From: Paraspadella gotoi
Taxonomy: Eukaryota; Animalia; Chaetognatha
DNA length: 64,000 nucleotides
Assembly: GCA_051294375.1 (NCBI GenBank)
Contig: CM119267.1
Coordinates: 26,272,042 to 26,336,041, forward strand
Direction of reading: 5' to 3'
Positions 46,323 through 58,291 of the stretch are shown here, in pieces. Numbering within the stretch: the stretch's first letter is position 1; the number at the start of each line of letters is the position of its first letter. The notes beneath the pieces were generated by a model. That model did not search any database and was not told the DNA's origin. It was given only the letters and a program-made list of their open reading frames with translations. Made by a program: the position numbers and the translations under genes.

Positions 46323-47796
46323 CCGGTTTTTTTTTCTTCAATTCCGCTTCCGGTTTCGCTTTCACTCTGCATCGACTTCTTTTCTTTTCCGCTTCGAATT
46401 CCATTTCTTTTTTAGTTTTTAATCTCCTCCTCTGCCTTCCATATTCGCTGCGCAACAAAAACACCGCAAGAACGGATCTAAACGGTTTTTTCTAACTCGT
46501 AAAATATCAATTTTTGGCGGCCGGAAGAAATGGGATAAAGGGGAGGCGTTTGGCACCCTATAAAGTCGCTGGGGCCCCTTTAAGGCTCTCTCTCTGCTTG
46601 TCTGCTTGCTCTCTCTCGCTTTCCTCTTTTTCGCGTTCCCTTTCTTTCTTGGAGATTTTTTTCCCTTTTTTTCTAATTTTCACTCTTCTCTACTCTGACT
46701 AACACATGTTCTCATCTCTCTAATCTATCTCTCTCTTCTCTCATCTCTCTCTCTCTCTCTCTCTCTCTCTGCCACTGACATTTGAGGCGAAATCACCCGT
46801 TAATTGGATCCGCATTCTGAAGCTCTCATATTCACTCGGGAATCGAATGACAGAGCGCCTTCCTAAACTCTCAAATAGGCCTCACCTCCGAAAGGGAAGT
46901 CATGGACGGACGATTTTTCCGCCATTAACGATTAATACGCCGTCACTTTCCGGGAAACGCAGAAACGTGGAAACGCGCAGCACAGCCTTTTTTTTCATTT
47001 TTATATTACCTTCGACTTTTGAATTTACGTTTTTGCGCATCAATAAATCACAGTCAGTGAAACAACCATACTCTTGTTTAACCACCCGCTCCACAAATCG
47101 CAGCTCGTAGGGTAAGGCCACAGAACGCAACTTGTTGAAACTCCGAGATGAAAAGGCGAGAGAAACCTGAAGTGGAAATCAAGTTATGGGACCGATTATT
47201 CATAAATATAATAAAAGTAAAGCAGTAGTAGTAAATTGGTTTTAAAAAAAAAACGAAAATTTAATTTTCGATGCTTCACGTTCGGTTGATCATTATAGTT
47301 TTTTTTACATACTATTTAAAGATGTATATCAAAACTCGACGCAACCTAAAATAACTAAGGAAATGATTTGTAAGTAACATAGTAAATTGCTATCCCATTT
47401 TGAAAATTTTGTTTATGAAATACGTACATTTCTTACATAAAAAAAATAATTATAATTGTTAATGTTATTTATAATTTTTAAAAAAAAATACACGGTCTAT
47501 AAAGCGTTCTGACTTGTGGCGACTGCCAGTGGCAAATAAAAGAAAGTAAATCCCCGAACGACAAAAAACAAAAAAAAAACAAACCACAAAAACACGAAAA
47601 ACCCCCATAGTCGTTTTTTTTTTTTTTCGCCGAAGCGACCTTTACTTGAAATTCCCCCGGGAACGATTTTCCTCCTTTTGTCCTCGAGAGATTTCCCGTT
47701 CCATCTCTCCTCCCCTTTCCCTCCCTCGCTCTTTCTCTCGCTCTCCCTCTCGCGCCTCTCTCTCTCTCTCTCGCCCCTCGGCTTCCGCCCCCGAAC

Positions 47797-48053
47797 CCAG
47801 TGTCGTCTTCCGTCCCGTTGGCGAGGAGCGAAATTTGAATCCGCCGACATCGTCATCCGGAAGGGGTAGAGAGTGGACCAAAGGGGTGTGTCTGAAGAGT
47901 GGTCGGAGAGCTGGTGTGACAAGAGTGGGTGGAAAGGGGTGGATCAATGGTGAGCGGGTATTACAGACTCTGCGGAAATATGTTCGTTCTAAGTTGAAAG
48001 CGTTACTCAGAATGCCGTTGATGCAGTGGATGGGATCATCGCGGCCAATTTGC
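47797..48053 (-). other. Possible coding exon of an unidentified gene
   Basis: GC-rich open frame between catag| and |gttcgg (QIGRDDPIHCINGILSNAFNLERTYFRR...DDDVGGFKFRSSPTGRKTTL); no recognisable homology. Confidence 0.3.
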
Positions 48054-48623
48054 TATGAGGAGGGTCAGTCTGGTTTTATTTTGGATTCCCACTTTTTTGT
48101 TCAACAATTTTTTTTTGTGTTTTTAAAATCCACGGTTTCGATATTTTTTTTTGTTTGATTTATATTTACGTAGAAGCCGAACGGAAGCATAAATTTATGA
48201 CGTCTTGCTGTTTTTGTGTTCTTATTTTTATATTTTTTTTCGCTAATTTTAATGTTTTTAGGAAAATCCAAAGGTGCCCCGCCGAAAAAAAAAAAGGGGG
48301 GGAGAAATCGTCGAGCAAAAAAGGGAAAATAAATTGGGTGTCCCATAACCGAAGAAACGATTGGTTTAATTCATTTCTGCTTTCTTCTTTTTACGAAATA
48401 TATAACTCCGTGTTGAAACAAGTCGAACCAGATGTAAAGGACGATAAAAGTGACGGAATAGTCAAGGATTCCATTTTAGTTTGGGTCATTAAAACTTGCT
48501 TAGCTTTTGACACAAATCTGCTCATCTTACGTTAAATTCTACTTTTCTTCATCGAAACAAAAAGAGACACCGATATTGGCCACTCGTTTCTTAAAAAGTA
48601 AGACGATTAATGTAAGATGACCA

Positions 48624-48723
48624 NNNNNNNNNNNNNNNNNNNNNNNNNNNNNNNNNNNNNNNNNNNNNNNNNNNNNNNNNNNNNNNNNNNNNNNNNNNNN
48701 NNNNNNNNNNNNNNNNNNNNNNN
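48624..48723. other. Assembly gap (others at 58904-58993 and 60341-60608)
   Basis: Runs of N. Confidence 1.
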
Positions 48724-48884
48724 TATTAAATGTAAATGCAAGATGTAATAATTAATCAAATAACTAATTAAATTAATTAATAATTAAATAATTAGTCAAT
48801 CAATTAAGTCAATCATTATTGGCATTATTATCATCGTCATCATTGCTTTTGTCATAGTGACGAAAAGACCTAAAAACAAACATT

Positions 48885-49144
48885 TGTAGTCGGGCATTGC
48901 CTAGGTTCACCCCGCCTATAAGCATGACTCTTTCAGTTGTGACCCGGTGGCTCATTGAGTAAAGCCATCAGCTCATGACCACTTGGTACTGGGTTCAATC
49001 CCAACCTGGTACCTACCCTGCGGGAAGAGTGAGGACGGCCGTAAGCCGCCTTGGGGACATGGCAAACCCTCAAGCCTGGTTCCAAGCCCAGGACCCGTTC
49101 CATGTCTGCTAGAGGGGGGTTATAGAAGTTACGGATAGTAGTCA
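48885..49144 (+). mobile_element. Solo LTR of tRNA-bearing TRIM family A
   Basis: Near-identical to the LTRs at 9992 and 10392; TG...CA termini; 4-bp TSD CATT at 48881-84 and 49145-48. Confidence 0.85.
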
Positions 49145-49256
49145 CATTTGAATCCGACAAAGTTTTAATTAGATAACCAGTCTGGGTGTCATTCTGTTCG
49201 TTTTTCCAAGCTCTTTTTAACTAAAAAAGTTTTATTTAAAAAAAAAAGCTTTTTCT

Positions 49257-51445
49257 CCCGGGCCAGGGGTGTTGAAGTGTCAAAATATGGAAATTCACTA
49301 TTTTTTAGTATTTTTTAGCTTTTTCCAGTTAATTTTTTTAATATAATAATCTTTAATCAAGTTAATTACTTCTGATAATGATTTTAATTTATCCTATTTA
49401 ACTGTTTTTAAAACATTCATTAAAAAAATATTAGTTTTATATATATATAGTATTTAAATATTTTTTTAACATTATAAATTATAATTTATTATTTTTTTAA
49501 AGAACTTATTTTAATCATGGTAATGAAAATATTTGATAACTTTAAATGCTTTAAGGCGACTTACCACAGCTTCAAGTTAATTAAATTAATAATGTTTTTT
49601 AAAACTGAAAACCCTAAAAACTTCTATGATCCAAAGCAATTAATTTTAATTTTTAATCACAAAATGTAATTGTTACAAGATAAAATGATTTAAATAATAT
49701 TCGGATAATATTATAAAAAAAAATTTATTTAAAAAATAATTAAAAAAATATCTGCATATAAATTTTGTACGGATAAGAGTAATAGTTTGGTTTAACTCTA
49801 TATACAAATATTTTGTTATTAAATAAAATAATTTTTTTTTAATATGCAATTATTTAAAAAAAATAATTAATTGGTTTTTACTTTTTTCATTAAATAATTG
49901 TTTAACGAAGAAGCTTTGTTTTTCTTACTAAATCTAAAAACACAAGGAAAAGAAAGTTAGGATTTATAAAAGATTCATTAAAAATAACTCCCTATTATAG
50001 TCAGATTCATATATTTAAATTTATAAATTAATTTATATACTATTTTACTATATAATAATATTGTTTATTGTTAATTAATTTACTAACTAATTTAATGAAT
50101 ATGTTAACGATTTTATTTTTATCATTGTTATTTGTTAACAAATTCATTAAATTTTCTTTGTAATCTCTAAAAACAACAAAAAAGAAAGGATCAAACCATG
50201 AATATGTTAACAAACATTTTTATTATTATTATTATTTTTATTATTATTATTTTTAAAAAAAATTTTTTTCTTTTTTTTTCTTTCTAAATTAAAAATTTTA
50301 ATTAAAATATAAATCATTTTTATGCTAGCATCCCACGTAAGTCCCTCCCCTTGCCCTAACCTCCGCTTTGGGTCCAAGCATGAACCTTGAACCTATCATC
50401 GCCCATAAAACTTTTCCCCATCTGTAACTTTCCAGTTGGGTATAACTTCAACAACCTTGTTGATCGTAATGCTAACTTTTACTTATTCAACCTGAATTAC
50501 AACTACCTCAAATGTTAAAACTAATAACTAGAACATTAGTTTCAGTTCATTAACAAAATTATTATTTTCTATGCGATATTGCGATAGCAAAATCGCTAAT
50601 GAATATTAAAAATATCATTAATAAATATATTTAATTTATTTAATGAACCCGTTTTATTTGGTTTTTTATTTTTAATTAAAATTAAAACAGAAATAATTTT
50701 TTGCAGGGTTGTTTACACACACATCGGGTAAAACGTTGGCAAACGCTACTTATTATTTCCCTTAAAATATTTTTTTTTAATAAATAACAATTTAATTTAA
50801 CAACAAAATATTTTTATATAGAGTTAAAGTAAACTATTACTCTTCTCAGCACTAAATATCATAAAATAATGATTTGCCCCAAACATATATGCAGAAAATA
50901 ATAATTTATGTTTTTAAATTAATTTCATAATAAAATCTGGATAGTGGATATCATTTGAATAATTTTATCTTTGTTGTAACAATTTTATTATATGATTAAA
51001 AAATTTATGAATTGCTTTGTTTTTAAAATGAATCTTTAAAAAAAACTTTTTAAAAAAAGGTCACAATAGTTTTTAAAGCTTTTAATTATAAAAAAATAAT
51101 TAACTATGTTAATTAACTTAAAAAACCATTTAAAATTATCAAATATTTTTATTATCAAGATTAAAATATGTAATCCTTAAAAAAATAATAAATTATCATT
51201 TGAAAATATTAAAAAAGACAATTTAAAAATTTTAGCTCTTTAACAACCCTTAGCTTAAGCCCTAAACTAATATCTTTTGTGAATGAATGTTTTAAAAATA
51301 GTTAAATATGATAAATTAAAAGCATTATCATTAGTAATTAACTTGATTAATGATAATTATATTTAAAAATTTAATGAAAAAAGCTAAAAAATACTCATAA
51401 AAGGTGAAATTTCATATTTTGGCTTTTTAACACCCCTGGCTCGGG
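49257..51445. mobile_element. AT-rich foldback element with ~600-bp imperfect inverted arms
   Basis: CCCGGGCCAGGGGTGTT... at 49257 versus ...AACACCCCTGGCTCGGG at 51429-51445; inverted similarity traceable to ~49850 / ~50770; TSD not resolved. Confidence 0.75.
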
Positions 51446-51601
51446 CGAAAAAATATTTTTTATCGTCGCAAACGCAAACGCAAAATATAATCTCGGAAAA
51501 AATTATTTAACAACACAGTTTCACACGATATGTAAAAGTTAACTGACAGTACCACGAGGACACACTGTAATTCAATTATGAATTTATTATTGAAACAGAA
51601 A

Positions 51602-51751
51602 ATGGGCTTCGGTTCTGTTCGAGAAATGAATGGACAACAAATTCTAGATTCACACTTGGCAATCAACTCTTACGTCGAGGGGGTATCGGCTTCACAGTCC
51701 GACAATGTCATCTTTGAGTCGTTGCTTAACGCAGGCTTTGAACCCAGTAAG
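51602..51751 (+). CDS. First coding exon of a protein with an EF-1beta N-terminal (GST-C-like) domain
   Basis: MGFGSVREMNGQQILDSHLAINSYVEGVSASQSDNVIFESL resembles EF-1beta MGFGDLKS..G...L..YLA..SYIEG...SQ.D..VFEA; ends at donor AAG|gtcagc; later exons not seen in the window. Confidence 0.65.
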
Positions 51752-52819
51752 GTCAGCTTTCAAACTCGAATTAAGAGATTAATTTTCCGACTGTAAATTT
51801 CAACTTTGAAACCTAACTTCGATAGTTATGCTTAGTAAATCATATTCATTGAATTCATTTATCTATTGAATTGATTTTATTCTTTAATTTATATTTTATT
51901 CCTTACATTTTATTCAGTTAATCATTCTCTTTATGCATTTTATTCCATCAATTTAATTCAATTCATTTTAGTTCATTCATTTAATTTATTTATTTAATTT
52001 ATTCACAGATTTTATTTAGTCCTTGCATTTTTTAATTCATTTAATTTATTAAGTTAATTAATTTTATTTGTTTATTTATATGCATGGATAAATATTTAAA
52101 TGTTTGGCTATGCTTCTTTAATTAAAGAAGTGATAGTAAAAATCGGTTTGTATATAAAGGACAAAAGAATTTTGTATTATAGAACTCCTAATGATAAAAA
52201 GTTATAAATTTTGGCCTGCCTCATTATAAATATGTTTCAACTTCTGATACCATATTAAAATTCCTCGGAATCTTATTTGGAAATCTATTTTAATAGATGA
52301 TAAACAATTTGGCAGGTCAAATTATTTGATAATATTTTTAACCCAAATTGTTTATATCGAAATTCTAATATATCTACAGGGGTGGGACCATATATCTGGA
52401 CAAAATTTAATGTCCTGCCCTGTCTAAACGATTTATTGATACAATAATAAAATCAGTGCCAAAAGATTTTTCTGGTTTTTTACTTGATGATGATGATATA
52501 CAATGAAATAAAATTAACTTAAGCAACTACAAGGCGTTGTGTGTGTTTTAAAAACATCTAGTCGTTTTTATGCGCGCTCATTGTATTACATATAATAAAG
52601 ACATATTATCATATTCAGAAACGATCACTGAAAGTGTCTCTTTAATTTCTTATCTTCAATCTTCTATTTTAAGCTTTTTATAACCATCCAAATTAAACCT
52701 ATTTCAATTTAAAAAGAAAAATTTGGAAGATGTTAACATATATGCCCAAATCATCAAATACTTTGTATTTCTTGCCGTCTTGACAATTTTATTATGCATT
52801 CAGAAATCTTATATGATTA

Positions 52820-54658
52820 ATTTAGTAGTTAATAGTTTGATTTGGTCTTTTCATGCCAATAATATAAAAGGAAAACAAATTATTTCTGGAAGTAACATAA
52901 TATTTATTTTTAAATAAGCACTGATCTTCAGAGACTTCTGTCTTCCTCAAAGGTGCATATCAAATTAACACAAATTTTACAAAACAGTTTTAGGTAAGGT
53001 TTCTACTCTTCCATTTGGCTGAAAATCCATTCTCCTCACTCTGGCCATTTCTTCTCCTCTCTGCCTTTGAATTCTATAGGCTTGAGATGACCTTAAACCA
53101 AATTGTTTTTGTCTTTTATTTTCAAAGGTGACCTTAAGAGCTTTGTCCCATTCAGTGTACCAGAAATTAAAGATTTTTTAGAAATAATCTTTAAACATGC
53201 TATTTTGTTTTTCACAATACATATTACCGTTTGGTTAATATGGGTCCTATTGGTAATTCCCTTTTAACTGTTGGTTCTGAATGTTTTTTACAAAATCTTG
53301 AAAATAGGGCATTAAGCCCTAGGAATTTATCATTAGCTAATTTTAATATTGATAATTTTACCTTTTGGCGTCATTATGTGGATGATATTTGAAATAATAT
53401 TCCACGAAGTTTTGATATTGAAGCTTTTATGACATACATTAATTCTTTTGAACCAAGAATTCAGTTTACTTTTGTTTCACAAACTACAAATGAATTTTCT
53501 TTCCTGGATATAAGAATTTTTAAAGAAAGTGGAAGCATTAAACACTAGTGTATTTAGAAAGAAAACGCACACAAATTTATATACCTATTTCTCTTCCTTT
53601 TGTGATTTTAAATCTAAAAAATCTATTATTGAAACCAGTACTAGAAAGAGCCTTAAAATATTGTTCTACTGAACAGTTGTTAAAGGATGAATTGACTTTA
53701 ATAGAATCTGTTCTGTACAAATGGATGGGACAGAGAGAAAAGGCAAAAGAAGTAATATTAAAAACTGAAAGCAAGGTTCAAGAAGAGGAATTACAAAAAT
53801 AAGAAATCCTATTATATTTGATGAAATCAAAAAACAAAATAAAGTAGAACAATTAACTAAAAAAAGAATGACAATTCCTTTTCCTGGCCTGTAATAGCTT
53901 CTACTTTAAATAGGATATGTAAACGTTTTATATTTTACCTGCTTACAAAAGTTGTAATACAATTAAACAAAACCTAATTAAACTTAAAGATCCGGTCCCT
54001 GATGAACAAAAATCTGGTATTGTTTATCAAATCCCTTTAAAATGTGGTAAAATGTACATTGGGGAAACTGACAGGTTGTGGGAAAAAAGAAAATCGGAAC
54101 ATAAGAATTATGTAAAAGATAATAAAATAAAAGATTCTGCTATTTTAGAACATCTTTTGATTGCACTAATACCTGTCAATTTCCTGACCCAGGGGTTATT
54201 TGGGATGAATGTAAATATTTAGAACAAGAAAATAATAAATTAAAAAGATTGTCCTTAGAAAGTATTCATATTAAAAAGAATAAACTTAAAACAGTAAATA
54301 GAATGAAGGAAATTTGAGCACTGAATGGGACAAGACTCTTAAGGTCACCTTTTGAAAATAAAAGACAAAAACAATTTGGTTTAAGGTCATCTCAAGCCTA
54401 TAGAATTCAAAGGCAGAGAAGAGAAGAAATGGCCAGAGTGAGGAGAATGGATTTTCAGCCAAATGGAAGAGTAGAAACCTTACCTAAAACTGTTTTTGTA
54501 AAATTTGTGTTAATTTGTTATGCACCTTTGAGGGAGACAGAAGTCTCTGAAGATCAGTGCTTATTTAAAAATAAATATTATGTTACTTCCAGAAATAATT
54601 TGTTTTCCTTTTATATTATTGGCATGAAAAGACCAAATCAAACTATTAACTACTAAAT
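52820..54658 (+). mobile_element. 5'-truncated Penelope-like element with an inverted copy of its 3' terminal repeat at the 5' end
   Basis: Decayed RT 'WRHYVDDI...INSFEPRIQFT...FLDI...FRKKTHT' and GIY-YIG 'KSGIVYQIPLKCGKMYIGET' in ~53170-54310; 52820-53157 is the reverse complement of ~54320-54658. Confidence 0.88.
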
Positions 54659-55126
54659 CTTCTGCCAAAATCATGACTCTGAAACAAATAATGATTAATT
54701 TAATTATCTGACAATTATCGCTTATTAAATTTTGTTATAAAAGTCATAACAGTACAAAAAAAAAGCGACACTTTTTAAATTATAAATTAAAGGAAAAACG
54801 ATTTGATTTTTAATAACGATTTGATTTTTAATAACGATTTGCTAACTGATGGGTAGGTCCATCATCTCTATCTCTCTATGAGTAAAGTCAAAGGAAAAGT
54901 CCAAAACCCAAGACAGAACTAAAATCTCTCTCTTTGCTCCTTCTGTCGTCGCTCGATGAGGAGGAAGGGAAAGGGAGGAAAAGAGGCGGAAGAGGAAGAA
55001 GAAAAGGTGTCTCGAGCGAGAATGGGGAAGAGAAATGGGGGAATCCAGTGAAATCTACTCATCCCTCTATCTGTGCCTCACCCTTTATCTGAGATGACTC
55101 GACAGGTCATTGACTGACGTGTCGGG

Positions 55127-58100
55127 TAAGGTGGATTATAATGCAATAAATTTTTTCAAAAAGCTCTACCTCTCGATTTTTCTGATACCTCATAACAGTT
55201 ACTTTTAAAATATTAAAAGTAATTCTTTCAAATTGTAGCGGAACACATGCCTTTTTTGACTTTTAGAACTTATCAGAAATCGAATTTTGAGAAAAAAACG
55301 AGGTGATCACGTGACCAGTTTTATTCTATGATGACGATAGAAAAATCCTATTTTCATTGTAATAGCACATAAAATAATAGTTTAAAATGAAAAATAAAAT
55401 CAAAACAAACGTTATCATGACTACAGGTGAAGAAAAACAGAACTAAAATCGGATTTTGTTTCAGCTTTTGGCAAAATAAAACTAGATTGAATTCGCGAGC
55501 GAATGAAACCGTCTCGTCGTTCGAATCCAGTCACTGCTTGGCAGGCGGCGGTCATCTCTTTGACCATTCTTTCCACGTGTTGTGTATGACAACTAAATTT
55601 TGGAATTGAAAGTGGAGTTTCGCGAATTTCTTCCAGTTCAGCGATCGAAAGGCTCGCCGAAAATATTGGCTCGGTACAAGTAGTTTTTTCCCAGTCAATA
55701 AGCTCAAAGATAGTTTTTGCGTTGAGATTGAGACTCGGAGGCTCAAACTTCCTTACATTTGAATCCCCGGTTTCTTTTCCTTCACGTAAGAGCAATATTT
55801 TATCGACGGCGAAAGAGCGAAGAACTCTATCTGGAGAAGCAAGGAACGCCGTTAACTGATTTTCCGGGTGCGCAAACCAAGATTTTGTATAAGGTGCGAC
55901 GATTTGAAAAATTGGCTTGGGGAGAAGTTTCAATAACTCGATTTGTTTTAAAATATGAAATGGGGCGTCCAATACTGAAGAACGACTTTTTATGAGAAAC
56001 CATAAAGTTGCATAATTTGTTGCAATAAAAAAAACTATATTGTTTAAAATTTTACGGGAAACTCTGCTTAATTTAACTTTTTTCATATAAAGTAAAAGAA
56101 GCCGATTTGCATTTGAAACCCAACGAGCGTGAAAAACCGGGCTTGGTTTAATCGATTTTATTTCTTCCATTATTTCCCCGTTTTTGATTGATTTAACCGC
56201 GAAATAAAGAAATTTTTGATCAGAAGAAAGTTCGGAAGCGATTTCGTCGGAAATGTTTAATTCTTCTATTTCACCAATAGGTTTAAACTTGGTGCTCCAT
56301 TCGAGTTTCTCAACATTCGTGAGGAGACTCCCAATCTCTCCCTTAAAAGTTCATTTCCCAGACGTTTTTCCATTTAAGGAAGTAAAAAGATGTCGAAGGG
56401 GCAATTCGTTTGTGTGCAACATGCACACACTCCAAAAACATCGCCGATTTAGCGCTTCAATTCGAGAAAAGACTCCCGATTTGTGGCCGGTGTTAAGAGG
56501 AGTCGAGTCGCCGCCGATCACTTGGATCCCATCACATAAATTATGAGACGCCAAAAAATCTACTATCGATGCTGCTGTTGGGCCAGCAGATTTAGATTCT
56601 GGAGTCACATGGGTTAAATAATTTTTGTCGGGATCACTGATGATTACAATATGTTCTTGCTTTTGTTTACCTTGTTTTTTCATTCCATTTTCGTCCGTTA
56701 TCATTATGCGAGTTTCAATTTCTTTCCCGTCGAAAAAAACCGCATTCACTGTTTCTTCTTTTAAATTTTCAGTTTGAGTTTCGCACATTGACTTCCGAAT
56801 TCTCTCTCTTTCCCGACGCACTTTGTTTCTATCGATTGCAAGCGAAGAATCCTCCGCGGTTACAATTCCGTAGTCCATGAGAACGGCCGTAGAAAGTGCC
56901 GCAACCATCCGATCGGAAGTGTTTGGCCAACGGTCTGCCTCCCGGGCGAGGTTATCTAAACGCCGGGTGTTGTTCTCTAAAAATATTAGACAAAATAATA
57001 ATTTTTTTAGTTTTTCACAACGAATTTTATTTTTATAACAGCAGACATATTTCGAACGTGCATTTTGTTCTGCATCAGTGCTTTAACTGATTTACAAAGA
57101 TTTACAAACAATCTAAAAATATTATAATAATTTTATATAACTTGATTTTTTATTTATAAAGTATTGCATTCTTACCAGATGTCGGAATTCGAGTTGTAGG
57201 CATCCAGGTGAAGTCGTTAACTTCCATCTCGATATCCTCTTGTAAAGTCGATTTAACAGAAATACTTATTTCATTTTGGTTTTCAATAATTTTCTGGTTG
57301 ATAGTATTTTTCAATCTGTTTTAACTTTTTTAATTTCAGTTTTTGCTTATTCCTTAATTTTTTTTTAGTTTTCTCATCTAGAGTTGTCATTGCCATTTTC
57401 CCTTTCCCCTTTTCCTTTTCCTCGTCGCATTTGGTCGAGAACGAAAGAAAGCTCCATTTTTGGAATTCGATTTAGCAGCGGGCAGTGGCAGTCTATATGA
57501 GCCTTCCACTCGCACTTCTCATTGCAACCGGCTTCTTCGCAAGTAAAAATATTGCATTTACAAAGCATTATATTGTAAAGTTCATCGAGACGAGCTTCGA
57601 ATTTCGTGAGTCGAATTTTTCGCGATTGAGATTTTGGTAAGAGTCGAAGTTCAAGCCAATCTTTCCGTATACGCCAGGAAAGAGTTTTTGATGAAACGAT
57701 GGGCAAATCGGAGTTTGTTTTCGTAAAAACATCGATAACGTCTTTGGCAATGTCCTCAAAAAATGCATAGTCAGTTTTTGGTAGCACGGCAGCTTTAAAT
57801 TTGGCATGCGCCAAAACGTCACGTAAGGTTGGTAATTGGGTTTGATCAAGAGGTTTCGATGGTCCAATTATCGAGTTTTCGTTACTCCTCGTTTTAATTT
57901 TACCCATTTTTTAGTAATTTAAATGAGAAACACGTGCAAATAATGAAAATTTAACAAAATTTAAAAAATTTAAAAACATTCGCTGCCAGTGTCAGTCAGC
58001 TGTTCGCTTGACCGGTATGCAATTTAAGAGATTATGTAAGACGCGGAATCCTGACTTCTGATTGGTTGAGACAAATGATCTGACCAATGAGCAGTTTTTC

Positions 58101-58291
58101 TTACTTACGTCATTCAACCAAGTGCAGGATTCTCAAATACACGAGAGGGTGAAACTAAAAAGTTATTATATTAAAAAAGGCATTCAATATTTCATTTTTT
58201 TTGAAAATTTTTTTTCTACATTTCTTCCCTAGGTAATAAATTATCAGAAACGTCGAGAGGTAAAAGCTAATTCAGAAGTCGATCCACCTTT
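55127..58291 (-). mobile_element. Full-length hAT-superfamily (hATm-like) DNA transposon
   Basis: Termini TAAGGTGGAT / ATCCACCTT(T), subterminal inverted repeat (agctctacctctcgatttttctgata / tatcagaaacgtcgagaggtaaaagct), 8-bp TSD GTGTCGGG at 55119-26 and 58292-99; the empty site is visible in copy 1 at ~24960. Confidence 0.88.
55421..57907 (-). pseudogene. DDE transposase, intron-containing, with an in-frame TGA at 56351-56353
   Basis: FFDGK, GGDSTPLNTG, CMLHTNELPLRH, HARW, FAHPEN, CHTQHVER motifs; ORFs 56351..56908 and 55421..56170 share a frame joined by GK*TFKGEIG...LSSDQKFLY; N-terminal ORF 57374..57907. Confidence 0.85.

Noticed and set aside
54538-54580. Hammerhead ribozyme in the Penelope terminal repeat (CTGAAGA)
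   Set aside because: No properly placed GAAA box or stem II follows the CUGANGA motif; it cannot be supported.
56351-56353. Selenocysteine or programmed readthrough at the transposase TGA
   Set aside because: It is not an obvious Cys position and no SECIS was recognised; a nonsense mutation is simpler.
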